From Macrostomum lignano (taxonomy: Eukaryota), in contig NIVC01001185.1 of assembly GCA_002269645.1 (NCBI GenBank), positions 1 through 64,000 on the forward strand: a DNA stretch of 64,000 bases, given 5' to 3'. This document shows, piece after piece, positions 12,801-26,072 of the stretch (position 1 is the first letter of the stretch; each line of letters starts with the position of its first letter). The translations under genes were made by a program, and so were the position numbers. Below the pieces are notes generated by a model. It had not been told where the DNA came from and made no database searches. It saw only the letters and a program-made list of their open reading frames with translations.

Positions 12801-13299
12801 CAAATCCTTGAGTTTTTTGTTGGCTCAAACTCCTGCCTTGGGTTGGCTCGCTTCCACTTTTCCAGAAGGGCGGGGTCCTTCCATGGAAAACTATGGAAGC
12901 TGACTCCTGCGACAGTTCCATTTGCTCGATTTGAGCATCCGTACGCTGAGCAAGCCTTCACCATTAGTGGTCTTCACTCTCAGAGTCTCAGACAATTATA
13001 AGTGCTAGTTAGCAAAAACAAGGAGAGATCGTTCTTAGGACATGCTGTACAGTGCAGCGATTCTTGTAGTCCACTATAGGCCACAACCCCGGCCGAAATA
13101 CGAACAGGGACGAATTGGAATGTACATTGTAGAGAGAGCTTTTTAGTGTACAACGAAAGCTTTCTTTCCCTCGTGAAACAAACACCCCAAGCCCCCAACT
13201 GGGGGACAGAAGGGAGAAGCAGTGCCCCCCTGTGGTATAGGGTGGAAAATAAAATTATCTCTCCTTCCAGTCCAGTTGCTTATAATCCCGGGGTCCGCG
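9841..13299 (-). mobile_element. P-superfamily (THAP-domain) DNA transposon, full length, 3459 bp
   Basis: Perfect 37-bp TIR CGCGGACCCCGGGATTATAAGCAACTGGACTGGAAGG (9841-9877; inverse at 13263-13299). 7-bp TSD GCCTGGG (9834-9840, 13300-13306). The empty site CTCT-GCCTGGG-GCTGCAG is present in sister units. Confidence 0.95.
10082..12964 (-). CDS. P-element/THAP9-like transposase; one predicted 84-nt intron (10991-11074) and one in-frame TAA (10520-10522)
   Basis: N-terminal THAP finger (CSAYGC...CSRHF). RNase H-like motifs LAIDE, CVDN, FDPVHNLKN and QSDCIESRFG; C-terminal CxxC and INRGGL. The frame continues past the TAA into ORF 10082-10489. GTAAGG donor and TTGCAG acceptor bracket an FLE|SWE junction. 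Confidence 0.92.
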
Positions 13300-15719
13300 G
13301 CCTGGGGCTGCAGCCAGTTTGTAAAAATAGCCACCCCAACCTCCGCCCGCGGGCCGCTGTGTATTGAGGGGTGGTGGGTGCGCGTGTTCTGCGTTCAATG
13401 CAAATAAAACCCCCCGCGTGTTGGGGGGTTGAGTTAAATTTAATGCTTCCCCCAGAACGGGGGTTGGACTTGGGCTGAGTGTACATAGCAGTTGTACAGT
13501 GTAAACAGATAGATAGGAGTCAGGACAGGACTGAGTCGAGATTCAATTGGTTTTATTATTGGCGCCTTTTTTCTCCATTGGCAGCCCTGTGTATTAGTTT
13601 GGCAGTGAAATTCAATGAATAAACTTGCGAGCTTCTCTAGCAAGCAGTTGGGAAATCGGTAAATTTCAAACGCTAACTGTTCCTCGAGTTTTAAACTTTG
13701 AGAGGAAAAACTTATATTGCTGGAAAGATCTTGCAATGCTGAGTTCGGGGATATAAGTTGTTTGCTTTAAATACAATATGAAAAGAAAAAGCACAGCATT
13801 TAAAAAACTATTTCCATACTTTTTAACTTTCTGCAAAAATTATACTCAGTTTTGCGAGACGTAATAGATAAAGTTGGGGGAAGGGTTCAACTTCTCCCTG
13901 CTGCTGTGTATTGGAGGGTTGATTTAGATTGCACAATGTTTTTGTTAACTTTAACTGAGACTGATACTGACTGACTGTGAAATCGGTTGCGCAATGAATT
14001 GATTCAATTAGTTCAATATTTTTATCTGTGCCTTTTAACACGAAGCTGTGCGTAGTTCTAACCCTAACCCTAACCCTAACCCTAACCCTAACCAATGAAT
14101 CCGGAGAGTTGAGTTGTTTGACGGAAAAAATTCGATTGAGTCCAGTTTAGCGGAGACGATTTCAATGTTTTAATTTTGACGGAGAGGATTTCTGTTTCGT
14201 GGAGAGGATTTCGATGGTGTTCAGTTTCACGGAGAGGATTTCTGTTTCGCGGAGATAATTAATGATTGATTTCTGTTTTATGGAGACGATTTTGATGGAT
14301 TTAAGTTTCAAGGAGAGAATTTCGAAGGAGTCCAGTTTCACTGAGAGGATTTCGAAGGAGTCCAGTTTCACGGAGAGAATTTCGATGGTTTTCAGTTGCA
14401 CGGACAGGATTTCTGCTTCGCGGAGAAGATCTTGATAGATTTGGCATCTTCAATCAGTCAGAGAAGAGAGTAAAGAGAAGAATGAAAAGAGAAGAGAGAT
14501 GAGATGATAGAAAACAGAGTAGAAATGAGTGGAGAAATTAGACATGACAGATGGGAGAAAAGAGGGGAGTAAGGCGGGAACGAAGGAGAGAGAAGAGAAG
14601 AGGAGAGAGGAGATGAAGGGAGAGGATATGAGAGAGGAGATATGAGATAGCAGAGAGGAGACAGGAGAGAGAAGAAAGGAGGGATAAGAGCGTACAGAGG
14701 CAATAGAAGAGAGGAAAGAGAGGAGAGACGTGAGAGGTGAGAGGAGAGAGATGAAAGATCAGAGATCAGAGATTTAAAAGAAGAAAGTAGTGAGGAGAAA
14801 GAAGAGGGTAAAGATGAGAGTGCAGAGAGGAGAGAAACGAGAGGAGACAGGTGGTAGAAAGGAGTGTAAAAACAGCAGATAAGAAAGGGGAGGGTGAGAG
14901 TGAGAGCATATAGGGAAGTGTAAAAGGGGAGCAGAGGAGAGAGAATAGATAAGTGAGTAGAGAAGAGATATGAGAGAGGAAAGACGAGGGGAGAGAGGAG
15001 ACAGGAGAGAGTAAATTTGAAAGACCTGGGAGAAGAGATAAATAAGATAGTACAGATGAGAGGAGAGAGAGGAGAGATGAGAGATGTAATGAGAAAAGAG
15101 ATGAGTGAGAAAATAAAAGAGAGAAGAGATTAGAGATTAGAGAAGAGATGAGGGGAGATGAGAGGAGAGAAGAGAGAATGGAGAGGAGAGAAAAGAGAGG
15201 AGAGGAGACAGGTGATGCAGTAGAAAGGAGGGAGATAAGAAAGGAGAGGTTGAGAGCGTATAAGAGATACGAGAAATGAGAGCAGAGAGAAGAGAGAAAA
15301 GGGAAGAGAGAAAGTAGAGCGGAGACGATAGATAAGTGATTAGAGATGAGATATGAGAGAGGAGAGAAAAGGGGAGAGATAAGATAGAAGATGGGAGAGT
15401 AGACAGGAGAGGGTACAGACGAAAGACGAGGGAGAAGAGATAAATAAGGTAGTTGAGATAAATAAGAGAGTAGGGGTAGAGATGAGATGAGAGAGAGGAG
15501 AGAGAAGCGAGTCACAATAATAGCGAAGAGAGGAGAGAGTAGATATGAGAGACGTAAGAGTCTTTGAGCTATGGTCTTTGAAAGGTTTGTAAAGAATTTG
15601 AAGACGATTTGGAAGATGGGGTTCAAGACATGGAATTTCAGTTGATGGATAATTCAGGGAATGGAATTCCGGTGATGGGAGTTCTTCCCCTTTCTCCTCC
15701 GAAGGAGGAGTTCCACTCG

Positions 15720-18154
15720 TCTTAATACTAAAACTGACGCGATGTTTGTCTGTCTGTATGTATGTATGTATGTATGTAGCAAGTGAACTCCTACAATTCT
15801 GCCAAGTCAGCGTTGAAACTTATATGGGAAAACTGCAAATTTTCCGGAGCAGGCTTTAGGCTATTTTAATTTTTAATTTTCCAATTTTAACATCCCTAAA
15901 AAAGCAGAAAACTGCTTTTTTAACCACCAATAACCTTCTTTGGCCACTCTGCCTGGGGCTGCAGCCAGTTTGTAAAAATAGCCACCCCAACCTCCGCCCG
16001 CGGGCCGCTGTGTATTGAGGGGTGGTGGGTGCGAGTGGAAATAAAACCCCCCGCGTGGTGGGGGGGGGTCAGTTAAATTTAATGCTTCCCCCAGAACGGG
16101 GGGTTGGGCTTGGGCTGAGTGTACATAGCAGTTGTACAGTGTAAACAGATAGATAGGAGTCAGGACTGTGTCGAGATTCAATTGGTTTTATTATTGGCGC
16201 CTTTTTTCTCCATAGGCAGCCCTGTGTATTAGTTTGGCAGTGAAATTCAATGAATAAACTTGCGAGCTTCTCTAGCAAGCAGTTGGGAAATCGGTAAATT
16301 TCAAACGCTAACTGTTCCTCGAGTTTTAAACTTTGAGAGGAGAAACTTATATTGCTGGAAAGATCTTGCAATGCTGAGTTCGGGGATATAAGTTGTTTGC
16401 TTTATATATGAAAAGAAAAAGCACAGCATTTAAAAAACTATTTCCATACTTTTAACTTTCTGCAAAAATTGTACTTAGTTTTGCGAGACGTAATAGATAA
16501 AGTTGGGGGAAGGGTTCAACTTCTCCCTGCTGCTGTGTATTGGAGGGTTGATTTAGATTGCACAATGTTTTTGTTAACTTTAACTGAGTTAACAAAGTGA
16601 TACTGACTGACTGGGAAATCGGTTGCGCAATGAATTGATTCAATTAGTTCAATATTTTTATCAGTGCCTTTTAACACGAAGCTGTGCGTAGTTCTAACCC
16701 TAACCCTAACCCTACCCTAACCAATGAATCCGGAGAGTTGAGTTGTTTGATGGAAAAAATTCGATTGAGTCCAGTTTAGCGGAGACGATTTCAATGTTTT
16801 AATGTTTTTTGACGGAGAGGATTTCTGTTTCGTGGAGAGGATTTCGATGGTGTTCAGTTTCACGGAGAGGATTTCTGTTTCGCGGAGATAATTAATGATT
16901 GATTTCTGTTTTATGGAGACGATTTTGATGGATTTAAGTTTCAAAGAGAGGATTTCGAAGGAGTCCAGTTTCACGGAGAGGATTTCGATGGTCTTCAGTT
17001 GCACGGACAGGATTTTTCTGCTTCGCGGATAGGATCTTGATGGATTTGGCATCTTCAATCAGTCAGAGAAGAGAGTAAAGAGAAGAATGAAAGAGAAGAG
17101 AGATGAGATGATAGAAAACAGAGTAGAAATGAGTGGAGAGATTAGACATGACAGATGGGAGAGAAGAGGGGAGTAAGGCGGGAACGAAGGAGAGAGAAGA
17201 GAAGAGGAAAGAGGAGATGAAGGGAGAGGATATGAGAGAGGAGATATGAGATAGCAGAGAGGAGACAGGAGAGAGAAGAAAAGAGGGATAAGAGCGTACA
17301 GAGGCAATAGAAGAGAGGAAATAGAGGAGAGAGATGAGAGGAGAGAGATTAAAGATCAGAGATCAGAGATTTAAAAGAAGAAAGTAGTGAGGAGAAAGAA
17401 GAGGGTAAAGATGAGAGTGCAGAGAGGAGAGAAACGAGGAGACAGGTGGTAGAAAGGAGTGTAAAAAAACAGGAGATAAGAAAGGAGAGGGTGAGAGTGA
17501 GAGCATATAGGAAAGTGTAAAAGGGGAGCAGAGGAGAGAGAATAGATAAGTGAGTAGAGAAGAGATATGAGGGAGGAGAGATTCGAGATTAGAGAAGGGA
17601 TGAGGGGAGATGAGAGGAAAGAAGAGAGAATGGAGAGGAGAGAAAAGAGAGGCGAGGAGACAGGTGATGCAGTAGAAAGGAGGGAAGAAAGATGGTAGAT
17701 AAGAAAGGAGAGGGTGAGGGCGTATAAGAGATACGAGAAATGAGAGCAGAGAGAAGAGAGAAAAGGGAAGAGAGAAAGTAGAGCGGAGACAATAGATAAG
17801 TGAGTAGAAATGAGATATGAGAGAGAAGAGATAAGCGAGAAGAGTAGGAATAGAGTAGAGAGAGAAGCGAGAGAAGGGAGAGAGGAGGGAGAAGAGAGAT
17901 GAAAGATCATAGATGAGAGAGAAGAAAGTGTAGAGATGAGTAATTAGTGAGGAGAAAGAAGAGAGTAAAAATAAAAATCAGAGCGCAGGGCGCAAGAGAT
18001 GAGAGATGGGAGTTGATAGATTGTAGAGGATTTGGAGATGATTTGGAAGATGGGATTCAATTCATGGAATTGCAGCTGATAGGAGTTCTTCCCCTTCAGA
18101 ATTCCGGTGATGGGAGTTCTTCCCCTTTCTCCTCCGAAGAAGGAGTTCCACTCG
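15720..18154 (+). mobile_element. Helitron-like unit 7 (subfamily B)
   Basis: Exact CTCG|TCTTAATACTAAAACTGACGCG junction at 15719/15720; ends CTCG at 18154. Confidence 0.75.
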
Positions 18155-20013
18155 TTAATACTAAAAGTGGTGCGTTGTTTGTGTGTATGTATGTTGTAAG
18201 TGAACTCCTACAATACTGCCAAGTCAGCGTCGAAACTAATATGGGAAAACTGCAAATTTTCCGGAGCAGGCTTTAGGCTATTTTAATTTTTAATTTTCAC
18301 ATTTTAACATCCCCAAAAAAGCAGAAAACTGCTTTTTAACCCCCAATAACCTTCTTTGGCCACTCTGCCTGGGGCTGCAGCCAGTTTGTAAAAATAGCCA
18401 CCCCAACCTCCGCCCGCGGGCCGCTGTGTATTGAGGGGTGGTGGGTGCGCGTGTTCTGGGTTCAATGCAAATAAAACCCCACGCGTGTTGGGGGGTTGAG
18501 TTAAATTTAATGCTTCCCCCAGAACGGGGGTTGGGCTTGGGCTGAGTGTACATAGCAGTTGTACAGTGTAAATAGATAGACTGTGTCGAGATTCATTTGG
18601 TTTTATTATTGGCAGCCCTGTGTATTAGTTTGGAAGTGAAATTCAATGAATTGCGAGCTTCTCTAGCAAGCAGTCGGGAAATCGGTAAATTTCAAACGCT
18701 AACTGTTCCTCGAGTTTTAAACTTTGAGAGGAGAGACTTATATTGCTGGAAAGATCTTGCAACGCTGAGTTCGGGGATATAAGTTGTATGCTTTAAATAT
18801 GAAAAGAAAAAGCACAGAATTTAAAAAACTATTTCCATACTTCTAACTTTCTGCAAAAATTGTACTCAGTTTTGCGAGACGCAATAGATAAATTTGGGCG
18901 TATTGGAAGGGGGTCTGCCGCTGCGTATTGGAGGGTTGATTTAGATTGCGCAACCGTTTGTTTAACTTTAAATAAGACTGATACTGTCTGACAGAGAAAT
19001 GGTTTGCGCAATTAATTGATTCAATTAATTCAACACGCAGCTCTGTGCAGCTCTAACCCTACCCTAACCAATGAATTCTGAGAGTTAAGTTCTTTTTGAC
19101 AGAGAAAATTTCGATTGAGTCCAGTTTCACGGAGTATTCTGATGGTTTTCGGTTTCACGGAGAGGATTTCTTTTTCGTGGAGAGAATCTAGATGTATTTC
19201 TGTTTTACGGAGACGATTTTGATGGATGTCAGTTTCACTCAGAGGATTTCCATGGAGCCCAGTTTCACGGAGAGGATTTCTGTTTCGCGGATTGGATTTC
19301 GAAAGGAGTCCAGTTTCACGGAGAGGGTTTCTGTTTCGCGGAGAGGATTTCTGTTTCACGGAGGGATTTTGATGGATTTGGTATCTTCAGTCAGTCAGTA
19401 AAGAGAGTAAAGAGAAGAGTGAAAAGAGAAGAGAGAAGAGATTATAGAAAAGAGAGTAGAGATGAGAGAGGACAGATTAGACATGACAGATGGGAGAGAA
19501 GAGGGGAGTAAGGCGGGAACGAAGAGGGAGAGAGAAGAAAAGAGGAGAGAGGAGATGAGAGTGAAGATATGAGATAGCAGAGGGAGACAGGAGAGATGAG
19601 AGGAGAGAGAAGAGAGGAGCTGAGAGTAGAGGAGAAAGAAATAGTGAGATGAGGCATGAGGGATGAGAGATGAGAGAGGAGAGAAGAGAGGAGAGAGGAG
19701 AAAACAGGGGATAAAGGAGACAGGAGAGAAAGACGAAAGACAAGGGTGAAGAGATAAATAAGGTGGTAGAGATGAGAGACGTGAGAGGAGAGAAAAGAGA
19801 AGAGAGGAGACAGAAGAATCTGAGTCTGGACAATGGCAGTCAGTTTTTGCGAACAGGGAAAACAAGATATGGTTTTATGGCTTTACAGAGGATTTGGAGA
19901 TGATTTGGAAGATATGATTCAAGTCATGGAATTTGAGCTGATGGATTTCAGGGAATGGAATTCCGGTGATGGGAGTTCTTCCCCATTCTCCTCCAGAGGA
20001 GGAGTTGGCCTCG
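18155..20013 (+). mobile_element. Helitron-like unit 8 (subfamily B)
   Basis: Starts TTAATACTAAAAGTGG; ends hairpin+TTGGCCTCG at 20013. Confidence 0.72.
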
Positions 20014-21289
20014 TCTTAATACTAAAACTGGTGCGTTGTTTGTTTGTCTGTATGTGTGTTGCAATTTTTCTCCTAAACTACTGGCAAGTCAGCGTTGAAA
20101 CTTATATGGGAAAACTGCAAATTTTCCGGACTGGGTTTATAGCTATTTTAATCTTTCATTTTTACATTTTAAGATCCCTAAAAAAGCAGAGAACTGATTT
20201 CTTAACCTTCTTTGGCCCTTCTGTGGCCACTCTGCCTCTCCAGTGGAGGGATTGCAGTCTGTTTGTAAAAATAGCCACCCCAACCTCCGCCCGCGGGTCG
20301 CTGTGTTTTAGGGGGGGGGGTGGGTGCACGTATTCCGCGTTCAATGCAAATAACCCCCCCCCCCGCGTGTTGGGGGGTTCAATTAAATTTAACGATTGCC
20401 CCGGAATGGGCGGTTAAGCTTGGGCTGAGTGTACATAGAAGTTGTACAGTGTAAGGAGATAGCTAGGAATGTGTCGAGATTTAATTGATTTTATTATCGG
20501 CGCCATTCAATAGGCAGCCACGTGTTTGCTGGGCAGTAAAATTCAATGAATAAACTTGCGAGCCTCTTTAGCAGGCAGTGAACGCACACTCGATACTTTA
20601 ATGCTTTAAATCAGGAAATTTCAAACGCTAACTGTTCCTCGAGTTTTAAACTTTCAGAGGAGAGACTTATATTGCTGGAAAGATCTTGCAATACTGAGTT
20701 CGGGGATATAAGTTGTTTGCTTTAAATGTGAAAACAAAAAGCACAGCATTTAAAAAACGATTTCCATACTTTTAACTTTCTGCAGTGTACTCATTTTGGA
20801 GTTCAATGGGGTTCGACCAACCCCCCAACAGTTGGTGGGAGGGGGGGGGGCGATTCAACTTTTAATTGCCACTGCGCAAGGGGGTCAGTCGCTGTGTATT
20901 GGAGGGTTGATTTAGTTTGCGCAATCTTTTTGTTAACTTTTACCGAGACTGATACTGACTGACTGTGAAATCGGTTGCGCATTCAATGAATTCAATTGGT
21001 TCAATTTTTTATCGGCGCCTTTCAACACGCTGCTGCGTTGTAGCTCTAACCCTAACCCTAACCCTAACCATAACCACTAAATTCTGAGAGTTGATTCTTT
21101 TTGACGGAGAAAATTTCGATTCAGTCCAGTTTTATGAAGAGAATTTCTGTTTCGCGGAGACGATTTCGATGATGTTCAGTTTCGCGGAGAGGAGTTCGAT
21201 GATGGGATTCAGGGAATGGCATTTCAGGGAATGGAGTTCCGGTGATGGGAATTCTTCCCCTTTCTCCTCCAGGGGAGGAGTTGGCCTCG
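20014..21289 (+). mobile_element. Helitron-like unit 9 (subfamily C, no AG-rich tract)
   Basis: Exact CTCG|TCTTAATACT junction; 1276 bp; TAACCC tract 21047-21069. Confidence 0.72.
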
Positions 21290-23751
21290 TCTCTATATAT
21301 ACTAAAGTTGACGCGTTGTTTGTCTGTCTGTATGTCTGTCTGTATGTCTGTCTGTATGTCTGTCTGTCATTTCGACAACTCCTCCTTGAATAGTGCCAAC
21401 TCAGCGTTGAAACTTATATGGGAAGATTGGAAATTATCCGAGGTCGGCTATAGGCTATTTTAATTCTGAAATTTTAATTTCTAAGATCCTCAAAAAAGCA
21501 GAAAACGGCGGTCTTGACCTTTGATAATCTTAATTGTACCCTCTTTCTGCTTGGAGCTGAAAATTTGCATGAATTTCAAGTGATTGCGCCACAACTTTTC
21601 CCTATCTCTGCAGTGTATTTTCTCTCCAGTGGGGGGATGGGGCGTTCTAAATGGCTGCCTGTGTACAATCGGACCCTGGCTCACTGGCTGACTGTATAGA
21701 CAATTGCGCAAAGATTTGTGTTCTAATTTTCAATAGGCAGCCCTGTGATTTTGTTGAACCTTGAAATTCAATGCATAAACTTGCGGGCCTCTTTAGCAGG
21801 CAGTGAACGTACAATCGATACTTCAATGCTATAAATCAGACAGTTTCAAACGCTAACTGTTCCTCGAGTTTTAAACTTTGAAAGAAGAGACTTATATTGC
21901 TGGAAAGATCTTGGAACGCTGAGTTCGGGGATATAAATTGTTTGCTTTAAATATGAAAAGAAAAAGCACAGCATTTGAAAAACTATTTCCATACTTTTAA
22001 CTTTTTGCAAATATTGTACTCAGTTTTGCGAGACGAAATAGATAAAGTTGGGGGGGGTTCAACTTCTCACTACTGCTGTGGATTGGAGGGTTGATTTATA
22101 TTGCGCAATGTTTTTCTTAACTTTAACTGAGACTGATAATGACTGACTGTGAAATCGGTTGCGACATCAATTTGTTTCATTATCTGTGCCTTTTAATAGG
22201 CTGCCCGTGTAATAGCCGGCCTGTGTAATGAATGAATAAACTTGCGAGCCTCTTTGGCAGGCAGTGAACGTACACTCGATATTTCAATGCTTTAAAACGG
22301 GAACTTTCAAACGCTAACTGCTCTTCGAGTTCTAAACTTTAAGAGAAGAGACTTATACTGCTGAAAAGATCTTGCAACGCTGAGTTCGAGGATATAAATT
22401 GTTTGCTTTAAATATAAAGACTAAAAGCACAGCATACAAAAACTATTTCCATACTTTTAGCTTTCTGCAAAGATTGTACTCATTTTTAGTTCAATGCCCC
22501 CAACACCCGGGTTCAATTTCTAACTGCCACTGCGTATTGAAAAGGGGCCGGGCTCTGTGTACTGGAGGGTTGATTTAAATTGCGCAATCTTTTTGTTCAC
22601 TTTACCTGAGACTGATACTGACTGACTTTGAAATCGGTTGCGCAATCAATTGATTCAATTGGCTCAATTTTTTATTTAAACACGCAGCTGTGTGTAGCTC
22701 TAACCCTAACCCTAACCCTAACAATAACCCTAACCAATGAATCCTAATATTTTATTCTTTTTGACGGAGAAAATTTCGATTGAGTCCAGTTTTAAAGAGA
22801 TAATTTCAATGGTTTTCAGTTTCACGGAGAGGATTTCTGTTTCGCGGAGAGGATTTCAATGGTTTTCAGTTTCACGGAGAGGATTTCTGCTTCGCGGAGA
22901 GGATCTTGATAGATTTGGCATCTTCAATCAGTCATAAAAGAGAGTAAAGAGAAGATCAAAAAGAGAAGAGACATGAGATGGTATAAAACAGAGTAGAAAT
23001 GAGTGGATAGATTAGACATGACCGATGGAAGAGAAGAGGGGAGTAAGGCGGAAACGAAGAGGGAGAGAGAAGAGAAGAGGAGAGAGGAGATGAGAGGGGA
23101 GATATGAGATAGCAGAGGGAGACAAGAGAGATAATAGAAAAGAGAATAGATGACGGATAAGAGCGTACAGAGGAAATAGAAGAGAGGGGAGAGTAGAGGA
23201 GAAAGAAAGAGTGAGATGAGGGAAGAGATATGAGAGAGGAGATATGAGAGACGTGAGAGTCTTTGAGCTATGGTCTTTGAAAGGTTTTGTAAAGAATTTG
23301 GAGAGATGATAGGAGAGAGAATAGAGATGAGGGATAAGAGCGTACAGGGGAAATAGATGAGAGGGAGAGTAGAGAAGAAAGAAAGAGTGAGATGAAGGAT
23401 GAGAGATGAGGGAGGAGAGGGAGAGAGAAGAGAGGAGAAAAGAGGGGAGAAATGAGACAGGAGAGAGTAGAGACGAAAGACCAGGGAGAAGATATAAATA
23501 AGGGAGTAGGGGTAGAGATGAGATGAGAGAGAGGAGAGAGAAGAGAGTCACGATAATAGCGAAGAGAGGAGAGAGGAGATATGAGAGACGTAAGAGTCTT
23601 TGAGCTATGGTCTTTCAAAGGTTTTGTAAAGAATTTGGAGACGATTTGGAAGATGGGATTCAAGTCATGGAGTTTCAGCTGATGGATTTCAGGGAATGGA
23701 ATTCCGGTGATGGGAGTTCTTCCCTTTCTCCTCCGAAGGAGGAGTTCCACT
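21290..23751 (+). mobile_element. Helitron-like unit 10 (copy of unit 2)
   Basis: Starts TCTCTATATATACTAAAG; has the same defective 3' end as unit 2. Confidence 0.75.
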
Positions 23752-26072
23752 TCTATATATACTAAAGTTGACGTGTTGTTTGTCTGTCTGTCTGTGTGTG
23801 TGTGTGTCATTTCGACAACTCCTCCTTGAATAGTGGCAACTCAGCGTTGAAACTTATATGGGAAGATTGGAAATTATCCGAGGTCGGCTATAGGCTATTT
23901 TAATTCTGAAATTTTAATTTCTAAGATCCTCAAAAAAGCAGAAAACGGCGGTCTTGACCTTTGATAATCTTAATTGTACCCTCTTTCTGCTTGGAGCTGA
24001 AAATTTGCATGAATTTCAAGTGATTGCGCCACAACTTTTCCCTATCTCTGCAGTGTATTTTCTCTCCAGTGGGGGGATGGGGCGTTCTAAATGGCTGCCT
24101 GTGTACAATCGGACCCTGGCTCACTGGCTGACTGTATAGACAATTGCGCAAAGATTTGTGTTCTAATTTTCAATAGGCAGCCCTGTGATTTTGTTGAACC
24201 TTGAAATTCAATGCATAAACTTGCGGGCCTCTTTAGCAGGCAGTGAACGTACAATCGATATTTCAATGCTTTAAATCAGAAAGTTTCAAACGCAAACTGT
24301 TGCTCGAGTTTTTAACTTTGAGAGAAAAAATTTATATTGCTGGAAAGAACTTGCAAAGCTGATTTCAGGGATATAAATTGTTTGCTTCAAATATGAAAAC
24401 TAAAAGCTCTGCATTGCAAAAACTATTTCCATACTTTAAACTTTCTGCAAAGATTGTACTCATTTTGGCGAGAGGTGAGAGATAAAGTTGGGGTTTCGAC
24501 TTCTAACTGGCGCTGTGTATAGGAAGGGGGTCAGTTGCTTTGTATTGGAGGGTTGATTAGATTGCGCAAACTTTGTGTTAACTTTAACTGAGACTTATAC
24601 TGACTAACACAGAAATATATTGCGCAATCAATTGATTCAATTGGTTAGCTTTTTTATTATCGGCCCTGTGTATTAGCTTGGCAGTGAAATTCAATGTACA
24701 AAATTGCGAGCCTCACAGGCAAGCAGTCAGGAAATCGGTAAATTTCAAACGCTAACTGATCCTTGAGTTTTAAACTTTGAGAGGAGAGACTTATATTGCT
24801 GGAAAGATCTTGCAACGCTGAGTTTAGGGATATAAGTTGTTTGCTTTAAATATGAAAAGAAAAAGCACCGCATTTAAAAAACTATTTCCATACTTTTAAC
24901 TTTCTGCAAAAATTGTACTCAGTTTTGCGAGACGTAATAGATAAAGTTGGGGGAGGGTTCAACTTCTCACTGCTGCTGTGTATTGGAGGGTTGATTTAGA
25001 TTGCGCAATGTTTTTGTTAACTTTAACTGAGACTGATACTGACTGACTGTGAAATCGGTTGCGCAATGATTTGATTCAATTAATTCAATATTTTTATCAG
25101 TGCCTTTTAACACGAAGCTGTGCGTAGTTCTAACCCTAACCCTAACCCTAACCCTAACCCTAATGAATCTGGCGAGTTGAGTTGTTTGACGGAAAAAATT
25201 CGATTAAGTCAAGTTTAGCGGAGACGATTTCAATGTTTAAATTCTGACGGAGAAGATTTCTGTTTCGTGGAGAGGATTTCGATGATGTTCAGTTTCACGA
25301 AAGGATTTCCATGGTGTTCAGTTTCACGGAGAGGATTTCGATCATGTTCAGCTTCACGGAGAGGCTTTCTGTTTCGCGGAGATAATTTATGATTGATTTC
25401 TGTTTTATGGAAACAATTTTGATGGATTTAAGTTTCAAGGAGAGGATTTCGAAGGAGTCCAGTTTCACTGAGAGGATTTCGATGGTTTTTAGTTGCACAG
25501 ACAGGATTTTTGCTTCGCAGAGAGGATCTTGATGGATTTGGCATCTTCAATCAGTCAGAGAAGAGAGTAAAGAGAAGACTGAGAAGAGAAGAGAGAAGAG
25601 ATGATAGAAAACAGAGTATAATTGAGTGGAGAGATTAGACATGACAGATTGGAGATGATAGGAGAGAGAATAAATGAGGGATAAGAGCGTACAGAGGCAA
25701 TAGAAGAGAGGGGAGAGTAGAGGAGAAAGAAAGAGTGAGATGAGGAGATGAGGGATGAGAGAGCAGGGGAGAGAGGAGGGAGAAGAGAGATGGAAGATAG
25801 AGATGAGAGAGATAAAAGTGCAGAGAGAAGTAATTAGTGAGGAGAAAGAAGAGAGTAAAAATAAAAATCAGAGCGCAGGCCGCAAGAGTTGAGAGATGGG
25901 AGTTGATAGATTGTAGAGGATTTGGAGATGATTTGGAAGATGGGATTCAATTCATTGAATTTCAGCTGATAGGAGTTCTTCCCCTTCAGAATTCCGGTGA
26001 TGGGAGTTCTTCCCCTTCAGAATTCCGGTGATGGGAGTTCTTCCCATTTCTCCTCCGAAGGAGGAGTTCCAC
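23752..26072 (+). mobile_element. Helitron-like unit 11 (copy of unit 3)
   Basis: Near-identical to 4808-7113; the ORF-track translations match. Confidence 0.75.

Larger units (their letters stand above)
9609..15719 (+). mobile_element. Helitron-like unit 6 (subfamily B) interrupted by the P-superfamily transposon
   Basis: Starts TCTCCTAATACTAAAACTGACGCG and ends hairpin+CTCG at 15719. The sequence either side of 9841-13299 rejoins the empty site seen in units 5, 7, 8 and 13. Confidence 0.75.
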
